From Gonapodya sp. JEL0774 (taxonomy: Eukaryota), in NCBI GenBank assembly GCA_027604505.1, contig JADIIX010000071.1:62001-111783 (forward strand): a DNA stretch of 49,783 nucleotides, given 5' to 3'. Shown here one piece after another: positions 11,226 through 23,205 of this stretch (within the stretch, counting starts at the first letter, position 1; the number at the start of each line of letters is the position of its first letter). The translations under genes and the position numbers were made by a program. The notes beneath the pieces are model-generated. The model was not told where the DNA came from and did no database searches. It worked only from the letters and a program-made list of their open reading frames with translations.

Positions 11226-14200
11226 ATGCGAATTCCGGCCGCCAGTCCGGTTCTTCGGCGTGTTTCTCAGGTGCACTCAAAGTGCCAGAGACCCGTGCTC
11301 GTTCGGTGTGCGTCTCTGAGCACCGTATCGCTGGGAAAGAGAAACATCAGTGAAGCAATGTGTTCGGTGACAGGACCCACGAAGACGGGGACTTGCCGGT
11401 ACGTTTTCCCGCTGGGCAATCGATCCTGTGTATATCGTTGATACTCATTTTGCGGGGAAATCTTTCGTCATTCGGGTGTGATGGTGTTTCCCACCGTGGA
11501 TCTGTGGATTCTAATTCGGATACCTTGTGACCACCGATCCTTCATCACTCACCATAAAAGCTTATCAACAACACCAACGCTCCACCAACGTGCTGCCACG
11601 ATGCCATCCACCCCATCCTCCCAAAGTCCCACCCACCTGCCGACACACGTCTCCACCTTCGCCCACCAAAACCACTTGCCTCGACTGCCCATCCCCAACC
11701 TCGAAAAAACATTCGAACTCTACCTTGAAAGTCTTAAACCCCTCGTCACACCCGAGGAGCTCGCCCAATCGCAGAGCAGAGTGCGAGCGTTTCTGGAACC
11801 GGGGGGAATGGGACCAGTGCTCCAAGAGCGATTGATGCAGTGGGACAGGAAGCAAAAGCATTCGTGGCTGGAATCTATATGGCTGGACAAGGCGTATTTG
11901 GAGTGGAGAGATCCGTCGCTCGTCAATTCCAACTGGTGGGCCGCGTTCAAGAACCACCCAAAACACCCAAAGATGCTGCTGAGCAAACCACCACCACGAG
12001 GAGCCGGACTATCGAGTTTCCAAGTGACGAGGGCGGCTGGACTTGTTCGTGGCTTTGTGGATTACATGTTGCTGATTGCAAAGTAGGTCGCGAGCGGTTT
12101 CTCGCGGGGGGCGGTGGTGGTTTTCCTACACAATCGGTTCTCAAACCACCACACTTACACATACATTTTGCCCTCCGCAAGATCCAAAATCCAACCCGAC
12201 ACCGTCTCGGGCACCCCCCAGTGCATGTCCCAACTCACCCGCATCTTCTCCACCTCCCGCATCCCCGACCTGCCCCGCGACCACCTCTCGACCACCTTCC
12301 CTCCCACCGCCCGCCACATCATCGTCATGATACGGGGCCAGCTGTACCAAGTGCAGGTCCTTTCCGACGAGGGGACGACGGTACCCCTGGCCGAGATTGA
12401 GCGGTTGCTGTACGCGGCGGCGAGGGATGCCATGTCGGGGACTCCGCAGCCGCATGTGGGGGTGATGACGGGCGCAAAGCGGGACGATTGGGCAGCGGTG
12501 AGTGAAGTAGAAGGGTTAGGACTGTCTGAGGGATTCCAGTTGGCTCATGAACCCAACTACCACCCGCACCCCACACCCCACGCACGCCAAAGACCCGCCG
12601 CCACCTGGACTCCCTCTCTCCCACCAACACGCTCGCCCTGTCTACCATCTCCGACGCCCTCTTCGTCCTCTGCCTTGACGACTACACCCTCCCCGGCTCG
12701 GATTTCCACCTGCAACTGTTCCACGGGCACGGGCAGAACCGGTGGTTCGACAAGACGGTCCAACTGGTCGTGGCCAACGATGGGAGGGCCGGGGTGAACG
12801 CGGAACATGCGGCGGTGGACGCGATGGTGGTGGTCAAGGTGTTTGAACATGCGCTGGGATTGTGAGTAGGGGGTGGGGAGGCGGCGGGGGTTGAGGCAAA
12901 CGGGTGCGGGGTTATGAAGGTGTGAGCATGCGAACGGAACCGAGTGGACTGGGAGTGATGGACCCCCAAACAAGAGTACGCTCTCCCGGATCCGGATGCC
13001 ACAACCACTTCCAACGGTATTCCCTACTCCCCCCAACACCCCCCACCGCACCCAACCCCCCCGCCGCCCCAGGGAACCCGTGACGGACCTCCCCACCACC
13101 TTACCAGCCAACCTCCCTGACCCCGTCAAGCTGCAGTGGGTCACGGACACCACGGTGCTTGCGGCCCTGGACGCGGCGTCGGCGAGCGTCAAGGAGACGG
13201 CCAAGGGGGTGGAGGTGCGGAGTGCGACGTTTCCGGTGTATGGGAGGGAGTATATGGCGAGGGTTGGTGGGTAAAGAGGGGGGGGGGGGGGTGTGTGGAA
13301 ACGGGGGCTGACGGAAACGGGTCGACCGCGATCGAGCGAAACCGCCGGCGGGGACTGGGAACTTGAGGGGATGGGAATTGAGAACGCATTTGTCGCTACG
13401 CACTTTGTGGTTTGTACCCCTGGCTAAAACCCCGTCTCTCCAAACTCCCCATCTCCCCAACCCCCAACTCCCAACTCCCACCCTCCCAACCACCCCCCAG
13501 CCACCACCTCCCCCGACGCCTACCTCCAACTTGCCTTCCAACTGACCTGGCACCGCCTGTACGACCGCCCCACCGCCACGTACGAGCCCGCCTCGACGCG
13601 CGGGTTCCGGCACGGTCGGACGGAGACGGTGAGGGTGTGTAGCGAAGAGAGCGAGGCGTGGGCGAGGGGGTTTGATGATGATGGGGTGGCGGTGAGTTTT
13701 GGGGGGAAAGGGGAGGCGGTGACGGGAATGGATGGTTTGATATGTGGAATCTCGCGTCTCCTACCACCTTGCACCGGCCACTTGAAAACGCCGCAACATC
13801 TACCGAACTTTTAACGTCTGGAAACCCGACCTGATGGAATTCCCGCATACGAACTACCCTTTACCACCACGGACATTCAACCGTCTCAAACATCCACCGC
13901 CCACCCCTTCACCGCCGCCCGCCAATCAATGACTCTTTGACCCATGACCAGTACGCCGACAAACTTGCTCTCTTCCGGGCGGCGGCTGCCAAGCACGTGT
14001 CTTTGGTACAAGCCGCGACTCAGGGGCAGGGCATAGACCGGCACCTTCTGGGTCTGCGCTGCATGATCCGGAGCGACGAGGAGCGTCGCCAGTGTGATGT
14101 GTTTGCGGACGAGTCGTTCGCGCGGTCGATGTGGTTCCGTCTGTCGACGAGCAACATTGGTGGCGGGGTGGACACGTGGGGAGGCCACGGGGGGTTCGGG

Positions 14201-14455
14201 GCTGTGACGAGGGACGGGTACGGAGTGAGTTATTCGATCGGAAGGGAGAGTGTGGTGGTGACTGTGGCAGGGGCGAAGCGGGGTGGGGTTGGAGATGGGG
14301 GTGGGAGTGGGGATGGGAGTGGTAGTGTGGGTGGCAGGGGGAGGAGGAGTGTGGACGTGAAGAGGTTTCTGGAGATGGTGGACAGGACGATGAAGGATAT
14401 GATGGTGATGTTTCCAAAGAGGAGCGAGGTGATGGGGAAGGGGAGTGTGAGGTGA
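11226..14455 (+). CDS. Carnitine O-acetyltransferase (choline/carnitine acyltransferase family)
   Basis: TFAHQNHLPRLPIPNLEKT, SWLESIWLDKAYLEWR, NRWFDKTVQLVV..DGRAGVNAEHAAVDA (catalytic His), SPDAYLQLAFQL, TYEPASTRGFRHGRTETVR, GQGIDRHLLGL, FRLSTS, GFGAVTRDGYGVSY. Upstream ATG 11226 joins via intron 11399-11560; second in-frame ATG at 11601. Confidence 0.92.
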
Positions 14456-14851
14456 GTTTGAGGTGGGGGAGTTTGTTCGGTGGAAGGAGACAGCAACCGA
14501 CCGGTTGTTTGCGCACACAACCACGACACACACACAAACGACACGTTGGCACCCACTCGCCACCGTCGCCACCGTCGCCGCTGTTCCCCACCGTTCCCAT
14601 TCGCCAATATCACCACGATGTCTCGATGTCTGTAATCAAATCATTTATTTGAATTTGATTGAGCGTAGACCGTATCGAGTATGAGGGAATAGAGTGGAGA
14701 ATGGAGAAAAATGACGTCATGTGGTGGCTGCGGTCCCATCCATCGCTGTGCACGGTCCAGTCTGACTCAACCCCCGACACGGACACTACGGAGAACAGGA
14801 CGTGGACACAGGGAGAACACAAGGCCACTGGCGCGGGTGCACAGGCCATAG

Positions 14852-16847
14852 ATGCACGTGATCCGAGTGCGACTGCGTGTGCTCCCCGTAGCTGTGCCAC
14901 TGCCCCCGTCTCCCTTCGCCCCAACTCCTATCCTGTCCTCCTTGTCACGTGCCTCCCGTGCCCCGCTGTCAACGGCGCCCTCTCATGCACAGCCACTGCC
15001 TGCGCCAGTCCCGCTGTCTCCCACTCCTCCATACTCCGCTCCCTCTCTGTCTCCCGCTGTCTCCCCTCTCTCCTCAGTCCCTGGCCCTGTCCCTGACTCC
15101 TCGCTCCTCGACCCTTCTACCTCGCTCCTCGTCCCTGACTGCCCTTTCTCCTCGCCCTCCCCTCTCTCCCCTCTCCCTTCTCTCTCCCCCCTCCTCGCTG
15201 CCTTCGCCGACTCTTCTCCCCCCTCTCCCGTCGCACTCGTACGCGACTTCTTCCTCTACGTCCACAACGCTCCCTTCCTCGACCTCTTCCCCCTCCTCCT
15301 CCCTTCACCCCCAATTCCCTACTACCAAGCCATCGTATTTGCTTCCTTCGCCCTCAGATTCGTCTTCACGGCTCCCATCGCGGTAATACAGCAATCAAGG
15401 CTCACCAGACTCGAAAATATTCAACCCATCGCAGACGCATGGAAGAAATCCGTACTCAGGGACGTCAGAATACAAGCAGGGATCCACGATTGGGATAGAG
15501 AGAAGGTCCAAAAAGAGGCCGACGAAATGGTACGTCACGCGAGCGTTAGCAAGCGTCTGTACGAGCGTCAGCGAGATTGTACGGGTTTGTCCCGCCGAGA
15601 TAGACTTTTGCGGTCCTTGTGGGCTGGATCCGCGCGGATGTCAGCGAGATTGTGCGAGCATGGCCCTTCGAGAGAGACTTGAGCAATCCAACATTAACAT
15701 TAACCCCCGCTTCCCTCATCCCCCCTCTCACCCCAACTGCCCCTCCCCTCCCACCCAGTACCGCTCCCGCCTCCGCACCCTCCACACCACCCACCGCTGC
15801 CACCCCATCCCCACCCTCCTCCTCCCCCTCCTCCACTTCCCCCTCTTCCTGTCCGCCTCGCTGGCTCTCCGGGGCATGGCCGGGTTCGTCCCCGAGGACG
15901 CATGGTGGAGCGCGTACGCACCCGAGGCAGTCGACGGGATGGACAAAGGGGGGGTACTGTGGTTCGTGGATCTGACTGTGCGGGATACGACGGGGTGGTT
16001 TGGCGCGGCGATGGGGTGGGTGCAGTTGGTGAACGTGCAGGTGGGTGGGGGGATTGGGGGGTTGTGGGTTTTGGGGGTTGGGCGGTTGGGCAGTTTGTGG
16101 GACAGGGGATCGGGGGTTGCGGGTTTCGGGGAGATGACGATAGGGGACTGGAGGGTGAAAGATTGGACGGTTGGGAATTGCAGGATTGGAGAGTTGAGGG
16201 TCGGACAGGTGGCCGTGTGGAAGGCATTTTGGACATGGGGAGTGGAGAATCGGGTGTCGGTGGACGAGCCGAGTGCAGTCCACCTCACTGGGGTATCGCA
16301 GACCTGTGCGCTGCGCGGTTCGTGCTCACCTCCTTGCACACCCAACGTTCCTCACCCTACCCTCTTCAAACTCCCCCCCAACCTACCCAGATTGGCAGCC
16401 TCTCCCGTTCCACCACCCCGAACACCGTCGTCAACCTGTGGCCGTTTCGGGCACTGGCGCTCTTCAGCGGGTACATCACGTCGCAGGTGCCTGTGGTGAG
16501 TATGTGGTGATGTGATTGGAAAAGTGGAGGTGCGGGACCACGCAGAACAGAGAGAGCAGAGAGGGCAGAGGATCACAACGGAAACGGGTCTGGTCCGACC
16601 GGAGAAACGCACCAGGTGGCACGCGCGCACGCACGGCGGGGGTCGTCCCCCTACCGCGACCGGCGACCGTGTAACGTTCCATACTTACCATTGATCCCCT
16701 CCCCACTCTCCCCCCCCTCTCCTCTCCTTCCCTCCCACGCCCCACTCCCTCAAGGCCTTGGCCCTCTACTGGCTCACCTCCGCCGTCTATTCGCTCGCCC
16801 AGAACGTTGTCGTAAAGGTGTGGAGGTGGAAAAAGCGGCTCAAGTGA
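14852..16847 (+). CDS. COX18: Mitochondrial inner-membrane insertase COX18 (Oxa1/YidC family)
   Basis: Presequence-like N-terminus. PYYQAIVFASFALRFVFTAPIAVIQQSR, CHPIPTLLLPLLHFPLFLSASLALRGM, GGVLWFVDLTVRD. Last exon ALALYWLTSAVYSLAQN...KRLK* with no long C-terminal tail, which favours Cox18 over Oxa1. Confidence 0.85.
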
Positions 16848-17185
16848 TTGTGTTGCACCGGTGACCAGTGGAGGGGGCGGGGAGTGGGGGGTTCCTCTGT
16901 GGAGGTAGTCTTTGTACGTACCTGTGGAATGTGGAAGACACAAGATACCTACCAAACCCGCCCGCGTCGTGGTGTGCGGTGGGCAGACCCCCTGAGCTCC
17001 GGTGTGTGCCACCGTCCACCAAACGCGAAGTCAACAATTCTGCCACGAACAGGGGATTGTCACGTAACGGCCACACCTTTAGCAGGCGGGGTGGGGTCTG
17101 GTGGGTCCGCGCGCGTTCAGGCACTACGCGCTCCCAGCACAATGTGGTGTGCACACTCCCCTGCTCCGCTGCTCCCCTTCCCCTG

Positions 17186-19904
17186 CCCCCTGCGTGACAT
17201 AACACTTGAGTGGACTTCAAATAAATTCCAACACGCTCAGGCCGCGGGGGATGGACCACCATAGTTATGCAACATGGAGGTCGTGAATGGGGGAAGGTTT
17301 GTCAAAGTCATACAGTCCGCCGCCCGGATATCTGAAAACATGCACAACTTTATAAACGTCAAAAGATCAGCATCGAAATGAACATGGGGGCACGTTGAAA
17401 CGTTCTTCCCCATGACTTTTATCCGTGTTGCAAATGTACTGAGAAGCATACTTTCATCGTTTATGGGATGCCCGTTCGATCATGGAATCCAGTAACCTTC
17501 GAGATGAATTTGTATGCATTTGTTTGCTTTGTGTTGTTGTTGTATGTGTGCTGTGACCACTCATCACTCACGTGCGTTGAAACCTGCAGAATTTGGCGCT
17601 TCGCAACTCATGCAGATTACTCAGGCGGCCAACACAAGCAGATGCGGAAGCGGAGGATAAGAGTATTCGAGCATTCAGTTGGAATGACCTTGTCTGGCGG
17701 TTGGATCAAACCAGCTTCTCCTCGCCTGGCACGGTGCCCAACGGACCGGCCAAGGTCGCTCTTTTGCGTCGACACAACGGTCCAGTCCTTCCACGGCCGC
17801 TTCCAGATGATGCCGCCAGCTTGATGGGACTTATCTTTGCCCACAATGTCCTCGAGCCCGGGCTGCGTACCTCTGCATATCAGCTAAGAGCGATGCTGCA
17901 CTCGCCCCACCGTCTCGCATGTGCAGAGCCTGCCTTTGGTTCTCTCCGGGCTCCCCACCTTTTAACTATCGTACATTTCTTGTGCTCTGCCTTTCCCGAC
18001 CGGCTCATCTTGGTCCACGCGAACGTGACCCCCGACTCAGCAACATGTCTCGAAAGCGGCAGTACCTTCTTGCAACGACACATCTTCTCTCACATCTGCT
18101 GACACCGACTGCATACCGCTCAAATAATCGCTATGCCTTCCCTCTTTGGATTTGAGTCTCCTCCTCCTGTCGCTCTGTTCCTCCCCGGAGGACTACTTGA
18201 CTGCCACACATGTTGAATCCCCTCGATACGAAAGCACCGGTCCCTTTCTTAAAATGGCTTCTCTCATTGACCGAAACCGACTGCATATCAATCAAATGAG
18301 CGCTAGGTCTTTCCGTCTACGGATTTGAGTCGCTCCTCGTTTCGCTCTGTTCTTCCCCAAAGGACTACTTGAATCCCCTATTCGAACTGCCTCGAGATCA
18401 TTTTTGCTGCGCATCCTGTGACTCACATGAGAATTATGTCTCCACAATGCCTGTTCGATATCCCTGCAGGCCACCTCCCTTTTGCATTCTCCAGGAGAGT
18501 GTGTCTCTCCAACTCCTCCACTCCGCGATTTTCATCTCTTCGCACATATTCATTACGCTGGAGGCAAGCATTGCTGCTGTTTCATCCCCTCGCGAGTCAC
18601 CCGTCCCCAGATCCGTGCGCAGAGTTCGCTGTGCATCCTGCGACTCCTTCGTTTCACCAAAGTTTCCCGTTGCGGTTTGGTCAGCTCCACCGAATATATG
18701 CGGGTGATACTTGTACTCGTTTGGATAATTTCTTAATTCTTCGCTAAGTTGCTAGACTGTGGGGAGAAAGGGTCTTCTTTCGATTCAGGAGTCTGCATAG
18801 CCAGCCGAGCGGTTCCATCACCACCAGCCAGAGCGTAGTCGCACATGGACATTATTCTCAGTGAGCTGTAACTTGTGCTACTTTTTGTACGGTTTCCTGG
18901 TCTGTTATTAGTCGGGGATGCAGTTGCAAACAGGGAGTGATATTTGGGTCAGGGAGGAAGTAGCGGCGTCACCGGGGACTCCGGCGTGGTTCGGGACGAC
19001 AAACACACTACGTGGAGCGCGATTGACCTGCCCACCTCTTCGTGGTGCGCTCTAGAAACGCCGCGGCTCTCATGTTCACTTCAAGCAAGAGAGCGGGCGG
19101 CTAAGTGGCAGGCTTAAGATGGAAATTTAGTTCCTTTGGTGGGATACTCTGGGCATGGTTTGTGGATATGGATGCGATGGCCAACAAAGAGGGTTATGGT
19201 TGTATGGATATGGATCAGCCATATACAAGAGGTCCTTCTGTTACGGTCACCACCAAAACAACCACATTCGTTCAGATATGCTCGGGACAATCGGCATTTG
19301 CTCAGACATAGTGAAATCAGAGAACGCAGTCTGTCAGGACAACGCAGAATGTGGGACTTGCACTGGGGAGTGTACGTGGTTCCAACGGGGGCTGAGTGAA
19401 GGCGTGGTTCTTGATTGTCAATCCTATTTCATTGGTTTCAAAATACGAACAGGAAATGCATAGGATTCGAGTTTGGGAACTATCGTTGGTTGGCATGGGT
19501 GGCCCTCAACTGAATTGGCTCCCTTCCAGCCGCATTGTGTGATGCCCGGGAAACCTCGTTACAAATATGTCCCATTAACATAGTACAGGGGAGCAGTACA
19601 AAAGAGAACAGACATTGGCCGACGCCTGACGGATATACATCTTATCTGGCGGCTATTTGTTGTCGATCTGTACATGAATGAAGGTAAGAATTTCATAATT
19701 AGGATACACTGATCCTCATAAGCATCAATTTATGAGAACAAAAATAAACAGGCAGCGACCAACACTCTTCTTCCCTCTAATGTAAAAGTGACCGTTCAGA
19801 AAAGATGAACGTGATTGGCAACCGGATTGGGTGATGAAGGATCGTCAGTGCGCACTCACAGACACTTCCCAGAGACTCCCCCTCCCCCCTGCGTGACATA
19901 ACAC
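17186..19904. repeat. Pair of identical 20-bp direct repeats (CCCCCTGCGTGACATAACAC at 17186-17205 and 19885-19904) bounding a ~2.7-kb segment without a recognisable intact gene
   Basis: Both copies read directly from the sequence. Confidence 0.75.
17593..18700 (+). pseudogene. Possible degenerate coding relic with an internal imperfect duplication; product unknown
   Basis: 169-aa ORF without ATG start followed by broken frames. Duplicated blocks at ~18106-18200 and ~18278-18371. Confidence 0.25.
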
Positions 19905-20101
19905 GTGACATGTCCCTGTCTCCCTCTTCCCTCCTCCCTTAAACCCCTCCCGATCCCCGATCGCTCATCCCTGCGTCCCATCAAATGCGAAGCCGGAGAG
20001 TGCCTGACTCAACCAGGCCAAGACCACAGGACTCATCTCATTCCCCCCCCCACCGCCCCCCACAAACCCCAACCTATCCACCCTTCCCCCCCCGCTTTCC
20101 C

Positions 20102-22785
20102 ATGCCCGCCTCCAAAACCAGCACCAACGACAATCCGACATCGCCCTCGGGACAACACCCCCCGCGGGCCGGATCCGGGTCCAGCATGATGAGCACACAC
20201 CAGCCGGGCCCTCCGGCGGCAAAGAAGGGCAAATTGAGACTGTTGGTGGCGATTGTGTTGCAGGTGTTTATAAAGTGGGTTGTGGTGCGCGGCGGGGATC
20301 GACTCCCCGCGCAAGGGGGGCAAGATGTTTCTCACGCTGCGATTTTTACCAAAGCCTTGCTGCCATCGGCGTCGCATTGACGGCTATAGCGGTATTTTCC
20401 GCAAAGGCGTCCAACGACCAGGCAATAGCTCAAGGTAGGTCCATTCATTATGTACTTGAGGCCTTGGCGGCCTTCCCAAACGACCGGGCGTGCGGTCCCC
20501 AAACTCAAACCTTGAGGTACCGCAAGTATCAATACGCTGGCGAAAACGATCCAGATCGAGACGTCTAAGATTTTGAAGGGGCAAGTGTGTGGGTAGAAAT
20601 GGATGCACGTTTTTTTGACACGCGTTTCGCGTGAAAGTGTGAAAGGTCTCACACCTACGATCCGTCCCATATACCAGCAAACTACCTCCAAAAGGTGAGC
20701 TTCTAATTCTTCAGCTCGTACATTTTGGCTTTTTGTGTCACATGCGCCCGTTCCCTAGCTCCGCACCCTCGCCGCCGACACGAGCACCATTCTCACCTCC
20801 CAACGCGGCGCGTACGATCCTCGAGATCTGGAGTAAGCTACATTGTTCTACGTTTATTCAAACTTGGCTTTGAAGTTTTTTGCACTCGTCACCGATCCCC
20901 CCCGTCTATGTCGTGCCTAGCACCGTGATTCCGTGGATGCGGAAACACCTCCAGGCGTCCAACATCACGGTCCTCTACCAACACTATGCGCTCAACGCTA
21001 CCAATGAAGATTTCGGAGTGGGTTATTTCCCTTACTCCGTCAATGGTATATGTGAGTTTTCACATGTTTTCGGGAAGTTTCCTTTCCATCTCGCCCAGTC
21101 CCCTGACCACGATCGGTGGCCATACTGAACCAACACACCACCTACTCACATAGCCGTGCAGCCCGGCGAGAGAAAGTTGTGGCTGATGTACTTGACCAGA
21201 AACCAGACGACGTGCCGTCAAGTATGCCCCACCAGCGACACGGGTGGCAATTTGACGTGGTGGGAGTACTTTGACAACGACACCTCGGGGAGATTCGCGT
21301 TCTTGGTGGGTTTCTATGTGAGCGGGGACCGTGGCGGGTCCACGGACAAATGCACAGAATCGCGTGAAAACAATGACGACACTGACCCCTTCCTCACTCT
21401 GTCTGTTCCAGAGCGGTCCAAACTACAACGTCCGCACCCGCCCATACTTCACACTTGGCTCCACCCTGGCCTCCGACCAACCCCGCTTCACCGATCCGGG
21501 CACATCCACCGCCGGGACAGGAGTCCCACCTCGGGTAACCCACGCCCTGGCGTGGCCACTCTACGCGTACAATGGATCGTTTTTGGGCGTGCTGAGTACC
21601 ACGTACAGTTTGGATCTGATGAGCGCGTTTCTGGACGAGACCAAGTCCTTGGCGACGGAAAATACCCTCATGTATATCATGACGGGCAAGGGGGAGGTGT
21701 TGGGGATGTCTGGACTGGCAGATCAGCAGGTATGTTTGTTGTTTTGTCGTCGTGAAGATAGTTTGATTTTCATGAAAACGAACACACACCACACACCACA
21801 CACCATCCAGCAACTCATCAAAACAGTCAGTGGATCGAGCCTTGTCAAAAACATATGGGACTATGATTTTGCTACGTATCCTCTGCTGAACTTGTCGTCC
21901 GGCGAAATCTATCGCTCTGCAAACGCAAATCTGTCTTCACTCGTGGACGAGCGCGAATTCTCGTTCACATCTCCTAGTGATGGCAGACTGTACCTATTTC
22001 AATTCGTGACGTACTATCAGGATGGATTCCGGTGGATCTTGGTGTCGGGAGCGGTGAGATTTTTGTTTTGTATCTGCTCATCCGTGTCTTTCGCTTCACG
22101 TGCCCAATTGAACCTCCCTCACCGTTTTCTCAGCCCGCCACTGACTATCTCTCAAACACTCTCGCTCTCCAAGATGAGCTTGCTCTCAAACTCTCTCGCA
22201 CCTCCACCGTCCTGATTGTTGTCGCAGTGGTTTTTGTGATCGGTCTCACACCCATATCGTTGCTGTTTACGTACTTGACAATCACAAAACCATTGGGTCA
22301 GATGCTGGATGCGATGGGTAAAGGTGGGTTGAAGATCGTGTAATTGTTACATCCCCACATGTTGAGATTACCAACATTGACCCACCTCTCGCACTGATCC
22401 CCAGCCGCCGCATTTGACTTTTCTATAATCTCTAATGGGGAGCTCAAGAACCGTTCTTCGGTTCGAGAAGTCTCGGATATCCAAGATATGTTCCTCAAAA
22501 TGCTCAAGAGCTTTGTCAACGCGTTGCGAGGTGAGCATTCGGACTCGAGAAAGGATGCGATCAATGCATCCACCACCATCAAAATCCACGCCGTAACACA
22601 TTCACTGCAACTTAACCTGCTTTCGATTGGTCCATGTTTATTAAACCTGTTCCCTACTCCCTTCCACAGACAACAAGAAGCTCATGAGCAGCAACGCCGC
22701 TCCCGGTGGAGGAGCAACAGGAGCACCTCGACTCATGAACTCCGCAGTGGGTGCAGGTATGAGGTCTGCAGGAATGGGGATGTAG
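20102..22785 (+). CDS. Membrane sensor-like protein: TM1 - extracellular Cache (dCache-like) domain - TM2 - HAMP - short tail
   Basis: TM1 LLVAIVLQVFINLAAIGVALTAIAVFS. Cache motifs YNVRTRPYF...FTDP...VTHALAWPLYAYNGSFLGVLSTTYSLDLMSAFL...MYIMTGKGEVLG. TM2 VLIVVAVVFVIGLTPISLLFTYLTI. HAMP TKPLGQMLDAMGKAAAFDFS...SSVREVSDIQDMFLKMLKSF. Final exon DNKKLMSS...GMGM* (stop 22783-22785). Many GT-AG introns. Confidence 0.8.
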
Positions 22786-23205
22786 AAGTGCGGTTGAGCA
22801 TTTCTCCCAAGTCTCAACCACGAAGTTGACATCTGATAAAAGTATTCGCGTCATTATTTTGTACTCAGCGACATATCAGCGACATAATGAATTTGGAAAG
22901 CGCTTGTTCATGTTTGAGAGTTCACCCTCTGCAATAATGAGCAGGTAGTTTGAGTTGACAAATGAGATCCATGCCTGTACACAATCATTCGTTCGCAGCC
23001 CGTAACCATCGAAGTGGCATGCCCATATTGTGGAGCCACATACCCTCCCCGACAGCATCTGTCTAACAGCACTGCCTCACAGCCGCTTTCCAACCAGGAC
23101 ACATTCTTCTCGATCACCCTGTTCTCCAATCTCAGATGCCGCGTGCATGAATGGAGTTCTCACTGTGCGAGCTTGGGTGGGAGAAGGAAGGGATACCGTT
23201 GTTTT

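Noticed and set aside
14440..14640. Cryptic PTS1 on CAT via readthrough or alternative splicing
   Set aside because: Readthrough adds only two residues, and the nearest acceptor gives a ~42-nt intron ending SRCL; neither yields an SKL-like end.
20102..22785. Bacterial contamination or recent HGT as the source of the Cache-HAMP gene
   Set aside because: The gene has many spliceosomal introns and is flanked by clearly eukaryotic genes.
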